A stretch of 64,000 bases of DNA from Takakia lepidozioides (lineage: Eukaryota > Plantae > Bryophyta), in contig CM060731.1 of assembly GCA_030704615.1 (NCBI GenBank), forward strand, positions 67,146,001-67,210,000. The letters are read 5' to 3'. The translations under genes were made by a program, and so were the position numbers. The notes under the pieces were generated by a model. The model was not told the origin of the DNA. It was given only the letters and a program-made list of their open reading frames with translations, and did not search any database. Every line of letters starts with the position of its first letter. The first letter of the stretch is position 1. Positions 1 to 11,874 of the stretch are shown one piece after another.

Positions 1-3000
1 ACAATAGTTACACCTTGACGTTGTTTGAAATCTATCCACTACTGTCGAGTAGAAACATTAGACAAAGATGGCTCACCTGCTAACATTCTCTGTGATACAA
101 GCCCCAGGAATGACTGGTTCAGTCTGGGAGCCTCTACGAGTTGTGTTACAATAGTGTCGAAATGGCCCCGAGCAAAGCCGAAGTCACACTCTTCAGATTA
201 TCTGACAAACCCTGGTATCCATACACCCTTTCCAGTGAGTATCTTATCCCAATTAAACTGCCATCCACTTGTTCCTTGCTTACATCTGGTGCAGCTGAGC
301 CCAGATTTCTACCTAGGCCACTTAGTAGACTGCGTGTTATGTGCAAGATGAGCTCCAACATTTCTTCATCTTCCACACTGAGTGTGTCATCCAACAAAGC
401 CTGCAGCAGGCACAACAAGCTGTTTAGAAGGTCCTAAATGCTCAGAGGAAAAGAAGATTGACATCAAAAGCAAATGACCCGATCCTCCTTTCAGACTCAC
501 AGCACCCCACCTCCTGCTTTGTCTTGAGGATTGTGACCCTCAATTCAACTGGGCACGTAGGGAAGGAGCTTCATGTGTTTGCTAGAATGCACAAATAATA
601 CAATCGATTAATGATGCTTTGCTGACAAGGAGCCTGCTCTGGACAACTAGTCCTTGCAAAGCCAACTAAAGATGTCACCAACCGTATGCAACTCGCTTGC
701 ACAGCCAAACACCAGCTTATTCCTGAATTGCTCATTGATCTAAGAATTGGCATAGAGAAGGAACACAAAAGTTACTATGCCTTGAGGAAAGAAAGGGCCC
801 CCAGTGTATCTTGCTCCATCGCCTTTGCCCCAAGTGCCTCACTGATTTCTTCAAAGACTTGCAAACATGCAAACAGTTCTTGAGGAGCCCTCATCTCCCC
901 ATAAGACTGCCCTTCCAGAACCCTTTCACGAACAGCTTGCTGTAGTTTGAGAACTCGCCGCAGAAGCTTGTCCATGATAGCTATTGCTAGGCCCCAATTT
1001 TTTGTTACCAGTATCAGGTCTGACAAGTACCTGCACTCACAAAACAAGTATTTGAATCAGAAAGACCACCATGATAACAAGAGGGTGCATGTTGTGAGGC
1101 AGTCTCCAACAACTCAATAGGGCAGTCTCCAGCAAATGACAAAACCAGGGCAGTGACAAGCAATTACAGAGAAAGAGAGATGGACAACATTGTAGTGCAC
1201 ACAATACAATTCAGCAACTCATGATTTAATGAACAGGTCTGTCCCCCCATGAGGATCACCCGTCCAGTACCTTTGACAAATCACATCTTCATGACAAAGA
1301 TGAGATAATCAACGTGACTCATGTCCCTAGATGCACTGCATGCTTGTCATCATCCAGAGAGAGCCCCACCATCCCTCTCGCAAGGAGGGCCCATCCACCT
1401 CTGAAGAACTATAACGAGCTCAAACAGGGGCAACCCCAATTACAAATTGAATGTAAGCTAGTTCAGTGGCGCAAGGGATGTTATAAAACACATACTGTGC
1501 GGCTGTGCGCTTTTGTTGTCTGCCAGTTTCCAAAGCTTCCCTGATCTCACCATCCGCTCCGGGCCATTCAAATACTCCAACATCCATATCAATCAAAAAA
1601 GCACTTGCTACAGACAAGGAATGGTTCACAGGCTGTTCTATACGATCAAGCGCAATGTCAGCTACAGCAGCCCTCAGTCTTCCAACGATACTCCACGTCA
1701 CATTAGTATCATTACTGGTGTCAACATGCTGCTTATTCAAGAACCCCTTTGGAAAACCTGCATGACCTGCAGCTCTTTGGCTTGGATTTACTTTACCTGC
1801 ATAAGTTCAGGCACATCACATTATTGACAGTATCAAAGTTTTGGTAAAACTCATTCAGAAAGACCTGCCTATAAGCTCTATTGTGGACAATGAAACAATA
1901 GAATGAGGATGCTCTGTAGTCATCACTGATACCAGTAAAAAAGTATCCCACACCCATCTACTTACTGGAAAGCTGACTGCCTCCAAAGCTTCAAGAGACC
2001 TACCACCACTGTTACCTCCTTCAGCTGCCATTCCAGCTGTATCCTGTACAATCTGGCGTGTATCTTTCCTCTGCTGCTGTCCCTCAGTACTTGATGGCCC
2101 CAGCAAGTAATGAAGCATAAATATAAATGATGCGATAGGTTCAGTTAGCTGGAGGAGGGGTTGTCGCAGAGCCAAAGCACCCTCATGGCCTGCAGTCAGC
2201 AGTACTTGTATTTGAAAGAGGCTATTCACCAGCAAGGTCTCTGTCATTGAATCTTGTCTCAGATGGCTTCCCTCTTTGGACTTTGACCCATCCGTGTCCG
2301 TGCTAGTTTGTATGTGGACCCATCCAAGCAAAGGAATGAGCAACGGCTCCAGTAAATACTCCTGGCAAAGCCCCGGCTCACGGGCAGCCATCTTACATGC
2401 CATAATTACCGATGTATGGTGCATGTTAATGAGTGCAAGTGCAGCAGATTCCCCTTCCTTAGGCCCATCCTTTTGCAAGAGAGGAGGAAGTAAGAGGGGT
2501 GGTAGCTGGGGGCACACTGCTTCATAGTAGTGCCGTGGGGTAGTGACATATTTGGGAGTTTTGGCAAGATGCAAGGCTACATGCTCATATACCTTCACAT
2601 TTCCCTGCAACCCAACAAACATGTCTGTCACTTGCCACTGTCTCCTTCCGTTCTCCTTGGGCCCCAGTCTTACATTACTAGACAGCCAGAGAGACACATG
2701 GAGAAGATCCCAACATTACTAACTAATCTCAATGTACATAAGACTGAAAATTTAAACGCCTCCTTCCCCAACCAATTTCATAGCAAACCCCCAAAATACT
2801 TCCAGGTCCTCATTATCAGATACATCTAAAAACAGTATACAGAAAAGTGAGAAACAAAAACCAGAAACAAAACTTCTGTACCACCATACCACAGTCTAGC
2901 AGGAAAGTATACAGGCTCACCCCTTGACTGGTACCGACAAGCCTCTCCATCACAGCAGCCACCCCTCCCTCCCGCATCACTAGCCTTGACAAGAGCTTTC

Positions 3001-5498
3001 CCACTTCAGATTTCAACCATGGAGGAGGAACTGGAGCATCCTGCCCAAGCAGAATAAAAAGCGCTTCCACCATGTGTGCAACTGGGAGGCACTCCATCAT
3101 TTCATCCATCCTTCTCACTGCAAGCTCTCGCCAATCCTCTCTCCCAGGTGTTGCTCCACCTGCAGGCACTTGGACACAAATGAGGTAAGTCCACAGAGAA
3201 GAAAGCTCTAAACGACGCAGCACACAGCTCTTGATCCACTAGCTTATCCATCTCCATTTGAGATTCCATCGACCATCCTTGCTGGAGTTGCTTTGCACCA
3301 ATGTTGACTCACACGTAAAGAAGGGGAGGAAGGAACAAATGTTCCATAGGGTAATGAAAGAGGCTCATCAAGGAAGGCTCCAGTCCCACCTACCTACCAG
3401 AGTTTGCCAGTTGAATGTAAGCTGCACACAGATCAGGGAGATGATAGAACATCACAAGCTGAGGTAGAGCTGCTGCTGATAGTTCGGTATTACCCTGAAA
3501 CTCCTCCCTGTTCATAGTGCTCTCCATCGAGTTCTGTAGTCTTGTGGTGCCCTCCAAATTTGCAGTTTGATTGCTGTTGCTACTCTGGGAAGTCTGGTTC
3601 CTGGCTATGAGGGATGGATTTTGCTGTCCAGGCCTTCGAGCACTATCCAGGACAAGAGATGCCAACAGCTCAGCTGACTGGGGAAGATGATAGATGTCCA
3701 CATTTGAAGTCTCAGTAGGAGGCTCAAGTATAGATGGTGAACGACTGAGAGATCCAGAATCTGCATCAAGATCAAGATTTGGCAGAAAACACATGGAAAC
3801 TCACTTCAATGCTTGCATGACGAAAGAGAGTTTAAAAATCAAGCATAAATATTTCAAGGTGATAGGGTTGTTGGCATCTATTTGAGGTTACTTAATAGCC
3901 ATCAGCACAGCAATTCAATTACTGTATCTAATAAGCAACAACACAAATTCTCCCATAATCTTACCATCTACCAATCATGGTTTATAACAAGTAAACTTTC
4001 TGTCTGTGCATTTGATTTACTTACCGATGATCTGATTTATACTAGCTAACACATGCTCCAATATGCAGCTGCTGCACCCTTTCTGTAGGACACACAGGAT
4101 CATGACCAAGCTAAGGTTCAATGTACAAATCAGATTGAAGTGAAGTAAAGTATGGTATCCCCATGGTTATCATGGAATTGCCCTCATCTGGTCCTCATCT
4201 TATCCATTTGGGGTTGAACATGTCTTGTCATCCTGCTCACAAGCATTATGATAGTTCCCTCACTTATGCCTGCCAGAGACAGATGGTGGAGTGTCTAGTG
4301 CCAAATTTAGACTGATAACTGCAGATATTCCTTGCCCACTCTACCACTGAGTATGGAGGGAATCTGTTAATGATCTTCCATTCTAATCAAGCAGGCAGGT
4401 TTTAAAACCTGAAGCATGCTTGGAAATAGCAGCCACGGCCGCTGCTGCTGCCTTGCCTCCAAACCGATTCTGCAAAGGAATGCCCACTCCAGGGCTCAAG
4501 TGTGGATAGATCCCCCATCTCACCATGAGCTCCAGAACGGCCTTCACCACGGCCCAGTCAGGCGAGTTGAGAGCAACGTTCTTGCCATCTGCCAGGGAAG
4601 ACCAGATGCCATCCAACAGCATTCTGCAGCAATCCAGCACCTGGCTTGCATCCACACCATCATTGGTGGGGCCATCTGTACTTGCAACATTTTCAGAGTG
4701 CCAAAGATTCAGAATTTGTCCCTTGCACATGAATCTGTTGTGACATGGAGTACTAAAGGCGGCCAAAGTGGCTTGAATGTCCCCTACTGTCTTGGGAGAT
4801 CAACCGAGTTCCAGCATTGTTTGACAACTAATTGACACACATTGCTCCGGTACCAACGTAATACCAATTTTTTAAAGCATATTTTCAGCGGAAGGAAGTC
4901 TAGCACCCCTTCCTCTTGTCAACATGTGAATTAGTGAGGGAAGAACTTTGTTGATTACCATCAGGTAACACCAAACCACACTAAAAACCAAGCAGCAATT
5001 TCTGAGTTCAAAAACGAAATGACGGTTCTCCACGTCCTCTTTATAGTCATGGCAATGTTTGAAATATATCTTCGCAACCTATCGCATCCGATTAGTTAAT
5101 TCCAACTGCTTCCTTTCTTGCAACATCCAAGACAACAGCTGTAATGAAGAAACTAGACTGCAATGGCCAGTGTACATCTCGAGCACACCGGGTGCTAGGA
5201 GTTGCCAGTGGTCTGATTTTCTCTCGAAAAATCGCAGTAGCATCGATAGAAGGTTGTACTGTGCTACACATATGTGTGGATGGTGTAAAGTTAGCCATAG
5301 AAGTGGCCTGGTCGTACTGTGATCAGTCTGTAGCTCCCTAATGACGTTGATGTGGATAATGGTGAGATGATCTTAGCAGTTTTAGAAGATTATGTTACCT
5401 TGATTCTTCACTGATGATAGAATCGATCGTGCTTGCTTCAGAGCTTCTGTCACAGCTGGCCTCCCCTCCCCAAGACTCTCGGTTTGAGAAAAGTCCAT
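1..5498 (-). CDS. TANGO6: TANGO6/RTP1-like ARM/HEAT-repeat protein (transport and Golgi organization 6 homolog), multi-exon, 3' end beyond the window
   Basis: Minus-strand exons join in phase: 5498-5399 (MDFSQTESLGEGRP...KNQG), ~4783-4409 (WGIYPHLSPGVGIPL, a TANGO6/RTP1-type motif), ~3760-3398 (HLPDLCAAYIQL), ~3161-2921 (LLSRLVMREGGVAAV), then exons within ORFs 1855-2697, 1420-1740, 775-1047 and 146-418. Family call is from remembered motifs. Confidence 0.72.
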
Positions 5499-5779
5499 GG
5501 CCAACGAGGGTGAAATTTAAAATAAGACTTCCTTGGTACATAATTGCGTGGTGAACGCGTAGTGGACCAAAGTGTGATCGAGATTCGAGGAAGGAAGAGG
5601 ACAAGCTGAAGATGCAGCAAGAGGAGTCGATTTATGCATCGAGGAAGACTATCAAGCAAAGGGAAGATTGGATTGTAAGCTTTGGCTAAAACCCTAGATC
5701 CTAACCCTAGACCACGACTCGGACACGAACATTCTTTGGGAGGTAACCTAGCTGTGGAGTTTTCCACGCTAGTGCAGGG
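5499..5779. promoter_or_regulatory. Compact bidirectional promoter region with telo-box-like motifs
   Basis: Only 281 bp separate the predicted ATGs at 5498 (-) and 5780 (+). AAAACCCTAG at 5688-5697 and TAACCCTAG at 5702-5710. Confidence 0.5.
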
Positions 5780-6495
5780 ATGGCGCACTCTGCCGTTCTC
5801 CTGAGCGCGCGCGTGGATCCCATACCCAGGGCCGTTCATTCTCCTGCCGACGAGAGGGCGGAAATGCTCGCATCCTGCAACGGTTTAACGGGAGAGGTTG
5901 TGGAGGTGGAACGGGGATCCGGCTTGGTAAACTCGCGTTCCAGACTCATGCGATATCCAGGGATGCGGGAGAAAGGTAACGACTTGTAAATCATGACGCA
6001 ATTTTGTCGCCTCTGTAGATTTTGTGCAGCTGAGCTGTCCAGGCTCCGTAATTTCCTTGGTACTCCCAGCAGGAAATGCACCTATGTTGGTCGACGAAGA
6101 TCACTCATGCTCCTGTAACTCCTTTCCTGCCTCCATACGATCCCAATTTGAAGTTTTCTTTCTGTATACTTCAATTTGAAAAGAAATTTACGACTCAATG
6201 AAGCCTGTCACGATCTGCCAAAGTTCTCAATGAAGAGAACTTCACGTGTGATGTATCAATGTCGTTTATTCACTGCAAATCATAAAGAGATATGCGCATC
6301 CTTGCAATGCAGCCAATGTTCTTAGTGAGAGATATGACAGGCTTCGCGAATATTCCAGGGAAAGCCCTCGCAAACAATCGTTTCGAGTTCAGTCACTGTG
6401 AAGGGTTGCTTACCACAAATACTATCGTCTAATGGCAGTGCAAAGCAACAACCGCACACTGAGGAATGGAATTTCAGTCTAGTGCTGAGGATCCG

Positions 6496-6530
<35 letters not shown>

Positions 6531-9500
6531 AAATCTTATTAATGTTCGTCATCAACGAATGCAATAAGGAGCTGCTACAAGACCTATGTTTAAGTGATAC
6601 TTGTATGCAGGCCAGACTATGAGCAGAGATCATCTCTGGCAGGAGTTCTTCTCAGATTATTCACAATGGTGGGACAACAGGTTTGACAAGGTGAGGCCAT
6701 TGACAGTTAGGATGTGGAAGAGTTTGGGCTTGTGACCGAAGCTTCTTGTTGGATAAGGATGGTTTGTGGCTGCTTACCTACTGCCAATTTTCTTTGTCAT
6801 GGGAAAACAGCAAAAGCATGGTTCCTGTAGTTCTTGATATCAATAGGTCTTTCTTCCTTGTTGGGTTGGCATGAAAGTAAGTTGCTCATGGTTGTTGTTT
6901 GGAGCTTTGGTGGGTGTAGCCTGGTCAGTGCAAGGCTGTGTTGAAGCTATGACTGCTAAACTGCCCACGGGTGGTTTTCACAGAAAAGTCCAAGATCACC
7001 AGACTTCAGACATAAGCTTACAAATGAGGGCCTTTGGATGGAAGATTGTTTGAACCCTCCTTGGGTGAAAGCAGAGCTAGCTGCTATGATTCCAGATCGG
7101 GCCCGATTTGGTGATGTGAGGACACTATGCATGGGAGGACGATTGAAAGAGGCCCTGCACATGTTGAACCAGGGAGGAATTTCTGCCGACACCAATACTT
7201 ATGTCTGCCTCTTGCGGGAGTGCATTAACATGCAACGTTTGGCAGATGGAAAGCAGGTGCACACCCACATCATCCAAAGTGGATTCAAGCCAAACATCTT
7301 TGTATTTAGCACCCTTGTTAACATGTATGTCAGGTGTGGCAGTGTGGTGGATGCACGCCAAGTGTTTGACAAAATGCCTGAACGAGATGTGTTTACATGG
7401 ACTGTAATGATGGCAGGATATGCTCAGCATGGATGTGGCAGGGAGGCTTTCGAGATATATCAGCAAATGATACAGGGAGGTGTAATGCCCAACAATATCA
7501 CATTTATTTGTGTCTTGAAGGCGTGTGCCAGCCTAGGAGTGTTAGAAAAAGGCAAGGAGGTTCATGCTGACATCATTAAAGCTGGAATTGTGCCATACGT
7601 TAATTTGGGGAATGCCCTTGTTAACATGTATGCCAAATGCGGGAGTGTGAAGGATGCCCGTCAAGTGTTCGACAAAATGCCTGAACGAGATGTGGTCTCA
7701 TGGAATGCCATGATCTCAGGATATGCTCAGCATGGCTGTGGCAGGGAGGCCTTCGACATTTATGATAACATGATACAGGATAGGGTGAGGCCCAACAAGG
7801 TCACATTTATTTGTGTTCTCAAAGCATGTGCCAGCCTGGCAGCCCTGGAAAAGGGCAGAAAGGTCCATGCTGACATTGCGAAAGCTGGAATTGTGCCTGA
7901 TATTATTCTGGAGAACACCCTCGTTGACATGTATGCCAAATGTGGGAGCAAAAGGGATGCACGTCAAGTCTTCGATAATATGGCTAAGCGGGATTTGGTG
8001 TCATGGAATGCAATGGTCACAGGATATGCGCAGCTTGGGTGTGGTAAGGAGGCTTTGGAGTTGTACGAGCAAATGATACGGGAAGGGATGAAGCCTGACA
8101 GGGTCACTTTCATTGGCATTGTCAAGACATGTGCCAGCCCAGCAGCTCTGTATAAGGGCATAGAGGTTCATGCCACCATCATTAAAGCTGGTCTCCTGCC
8201 TGATAGTATTCTGGAGAATACCCTTGTTGACATGTATGCCAAATGCGGCAGCATGAGGCATGCACATAGAGTGTTTCACAAGATAGCTAAGCGAGATGTA
8301 GTCTCATGGAACGCAATGATTGCTGGATATGCTCAGCATGGGTATGGTACGGAGGCTTTTGCAATATATAAGCAAATGATACAGGAAGGGGTAGCACCCA
8401 ACACAATCTTGTTCACTTGCGTTCTGAATGCTTGTGCACGTGTGGCAGCTCTGGAAAAGGGGAAAGAGGTCCATGCTGACATCATCAAAGCTGGGATTGC
8501 CACAGACATCATCCTTGAGAATTCCCTTGTTGACATGTATGCCAAGTGTGGGAGGATGGAGGATGCACTTCGAGTGTTTGACAATATGGCCGAGCGAGAT
8601 GTTGTGTCATGGAATGCAATGATAGCAGGATATGGTCAGCATGGCTGCTGTAGGGAGGCTTACAAATTATTTAAGCAGATGCAACAGGAAGGCTTGAAGC
8701 CGAACTTGGTCTCATGGAGTTCTATGATCACAGGATACACTCAGCACGGTTGTGCTGGGGAGGCTTACGAAATGTATGAGCAGATGAAATCTGAAGGGGT
8801 AATGCCTGATAAGGTCTTGTTCACTTGCATTCTGAAGGCGTGTGCCAGCTTGGCAGCTCTGGAAAAGGGCAAAGAGGTTCATGCTGACATCAACAAATCT
8901 GAAATTGCTCTAGATGTCATTCTTGAGAGTAGCCTTGTCGACATGTATGCCAAATGTGGTAGCATAAGGGATGCCCGTAGAGTTTTTGACAATATGACTC
9001 AGCAAAATGCGGTCTCATGGAATGCAATGATTGCAGGATATGCTCAACATGGATATGGGTGGGATGCTTTGAAGATGTATGAGGAAATGATAAGGGAAGG
9101 GGTATTACCTGACATGGTCTCGTTCATTTGTGTTGTCAAGGCATGTGCCATCCTGGCAGCCCTGGAAAAGGGCAAAGAGGTCCATGCTGACATCATCAAA
9201 GCTGGAATTGCACCAGATATCATTCTCGAGAATACCCTCATTGACATGTATGCAAAATGTGGAAGTATAAAATATGCACTTCGACTGTTCGACAACATGG
9301 CTAAACGAGATGTGGTGTCGTGGAATGTGATGATAGCAGGATATGGTCAGCATGGGTGTGCTACGGATGCTCTGCAACTATTTGAACGTATGCAAAAGGA
9401 AGGCACAAAGCCCGACAGTATCACTTACATATCTCTCCTCTCTGCATGTAGCCATGTGGGCCTAGTTGATGAAGGCTGTTATTACTTAGATTCCATGCAT

Positions 9501-10235
9501 CAATGTCATGGCCTCACCCCTACAGTGGCGCATTTTGGATGCATGGTGGACCTTGTTGGCCGGTCAGGCCAAGTTGAAGAGGCAGAGGATCTCATCAACA
9601 AAATGCCAATTGAACCAGACTCTTCTGTGTGGGGGGCTTTGCTTGGCGCCTGCAGAATGCATGGCAATGTGGAGGTAGCAGAACGTGCAGCAAAATGCCT
9701 TCTCAAGCAGGTTCCGCAAGATGCTGCAACCTATGTGCTGCTATCAAACATCTATGCTGCGGCTGGAAGATGGGAAGATACGGCGAAGTTGAGACAAATG
9801 ATGGAGGTTAGAGGTGTCAGAAAGGAGCCAGGGCAGAGCTGGATTGAGGTGGACAACTGGGTGCATACATTTGTTGTAGAAGACAATTTGCATCCACACA
9901 TAGAGGAAATCCATGCTGAGCTGAAGAGATTAACTTGCCAGATGAAGGAGGCAGGGTATGTGCCTGACACGCGTTTTGTATTGCATGAGGTGGGGGAGGA
10001 GCAAAAGGAGTTGTCACTCTGCCACCACAGCGAGAAACTGGCCATTGCATTTGGGCTTATCAGCACTCCCTCTGGGACGCCCATCCACATCATTAAGAAC
10101 CTTCGGGTGTGTGGTGACTGCCATTCCGCCACAAAGTTCATTTCGAAGATAGCTGGGCGAGCAATTGCTGTACGGGATGCCAACCGCTTTCACCACTTCC
10201 AAGATGGGGAATGCTCTTGTGGGGATTACTGGTGA
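5780..10235 (+). CDS. PLS-class PPR protein with E1-E2-DYW (PG-type) cytidine deaminase domain and an N-terminal OSB-type PDF motif; predicted exons 5780-5975, 6611-6690, 6984-10235 (~1175 aa)
   Basis: 24 P/L/S motifs ending in P2-L2-S2, then E1, E2, PG box (PGQSWIE), HSEKLA, CGDCH and terminal DYW. The frame is open from 6960. Junctions AAAG|GTAACG...ATGCAG|GC and CAAG|GTGAGG...TTTCACAG|AAA keep the frame. Confidence 0.93.
6498..6526. repeat. (GA)n microsatellite in predicted intron 1 of the PPR gene (possible BBR/BPC GAGA element)
   Basis: About 14 GA units. Confidence 0.8.
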
Positions 10236-10635
10236 AACGAACAACATGCTTGAGAGAGACAACCCAAGCTGTGAGATGAACCAGGGTGGTGATAAGGCTG
10301 TCAGATGCACTGCTAGACATTGCACTGTGGCCCCACTGAAGGAGTAATGTGGCATGGGATAATAGGTCACCGTAGGCATGGCAACCGTTCTCAGCGACTA
10401 TCAAGCACAGTTAACCTGACTGAATTTGACAGGGTCTGCAGCAAAACCCCCCCAGCTCTACATAATACCTACTGAAAGTCTTGCAACCAAATTGTGCAGA
10501 GTGTGCAACTAGAATTACTGGATAGTTACACTGCTTTCTAGTGGTAGGCAATCGAAGGATGTCATCCTCTTTACCTCTCATGTAGTCATCTCTGTTTGTC
10601 ACCCCCATGTTTGCAGCTCTTAAGAGCAAGCCAGC

Positions 10636-11140
10636 CTAGAGGGGGTAGCAGTAATGATGGCTACATCTGGGACCCGCAGGCCTACAGGGAAGCCATTGCA
10701 GGTGGCGCCATTTACAGTCGCCCTCCTCCCCTTCACCAGAGGACTTCCCATTGCGTGGGGATGGCATCTTTCCAATGGAAGTGCGAGTCGGAAAGACGGG
10801 AGGCAAGCAAGCCGCCCTTGCCCCAAGTGAGGTCGAAGTCACGATGAAGTTCCCTCCTCCATTGGTCCGAAGTCCGAAGCTATGGGAAGAACTACACACA
10901 AAGACACCCAAGCTTTTCTCCCCTGAGTCATCAGATCCCAGTAGATTTTGAAAAGAATGGATCTGCTGCTGGGGTTCCCTTCATAAACCCAAGAGCATCT
11001 TGCTTTCCAGATGAACCAGAGAGTGTGTGCTTTGAGACAAGCCCACACCAGGCATTTATTCGAGTTCACCCCTAGTTGATGGTTGAGCAGGAAGAATGAG
11101 GGGTCGGGCGAGGCATGGACGGAGGTCCAGGCAGTAACAG
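10636..11140 (-). mobile_element. Degenerate L1-type LINE 3' remnant
   Basis: Minus-strand peptide LWFIWKARCSWVYEG resembles the W-x-I-W-K-x-R-N motif that follows the zf-RVT finger in plant L1 ORF2. Confidence 0.55.
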
Positions 11141-11453
11141 GAGAAAATGAACTTTTAAAATCTATAAGTTAAATGTAAATCATTTTAATGTTTGAGACGT
11201 TATGAAGGCCGCCACAAAGGTTGCCGTTAGTGGTGACGGACATCGTGAGCCGTCCACCACATATTTTTTTATAAAAAGAGTTTCAGAAAATTTGGTGTCG
11301 CCGGACAGCTGAAAAGTCGAATATATTTCTTTTCCTGGCATTCGTGGATAGTTTCGCCAAACACGGCTCACGGCGATGGTGACGGCTCATGGAGCGCGCC
11401 ACCCTTAATGGTGACGGTCGGTGGCCCATCTCGATGGACGCGGCCCCACTGTT

Positions 11454-11700
11454 CACACGTGTCGCACGCGCATGAACAGACGGCTCCGCGCCCCCGTCGA
11501 CGGGTGAGGTGGTGAGATCGACGGACGGCGTCCATCCAGCAGGTCGGTGCAGCGACTCGCACTCAACATATTCCCTTAACTTTGATATTTCGCACACGAA
11601 TTGCGCGTCGGGGATGAATGATACTAAAACTTAAAACTTTGCGCAACTTTGCGTAATGTCACGCGATCATAAATGCGCGTCAGTTTACCGAGCCTATAAC
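11454..11700 (+). promoter_or_regulatory. ABRE/G-box, CE3-like CGCG motifs and TATA-like element upstream of the ASR gene
   Basis: CACACGTGTC at ~11454-11463 followed by CACGCG; more CGCG motifs at ~11603-11680; CCTATAA at ~11693. Confidence 0.45.
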
Positions 11701-11874
11701 CGAACCACAAATCGAACCTTCCTACGGTCTTGGAGCCGAGGCTGGAGCGAGGGTTTTAAATTGCGGGTGCTGCGATGGAATTGTCATCGTTCTCGCCATC
11801 GCTGCTCCGCTTCCGCTCTCGCACTGCTTCTCTTCTTCGTATCGCTTCTTCCTCTTCTCTTCTCCCGCGTGACA

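Noticed and set aside
146-148. Apparent premature stop in TANGO6
   Set aside because: A plausible donor (CTATT|GTAACA) sits at this point, so the stop is probably intronic.
6871-7053. ORF MKVSCSW... as the PPR N-terminus or a signal peptide
   Set aside because: Out of frame with the PPR ORF and mostly inside predicted intron 6691-6983; the spliced model explains the region better.
9830-10235. Possible U-to-C (DYW:KP-type) editing domain
   Set aside because: It has a canonical PG box (PGQSWIE), HSEKLA and a DYW terminus, so it is an ordinary C-to-U type.
7125-10404. Many short antisense and alternate-frame ORFs over the PPR gene
   Set aside because: Shadow ORFs produced by the repetitive PPR codon pattern.
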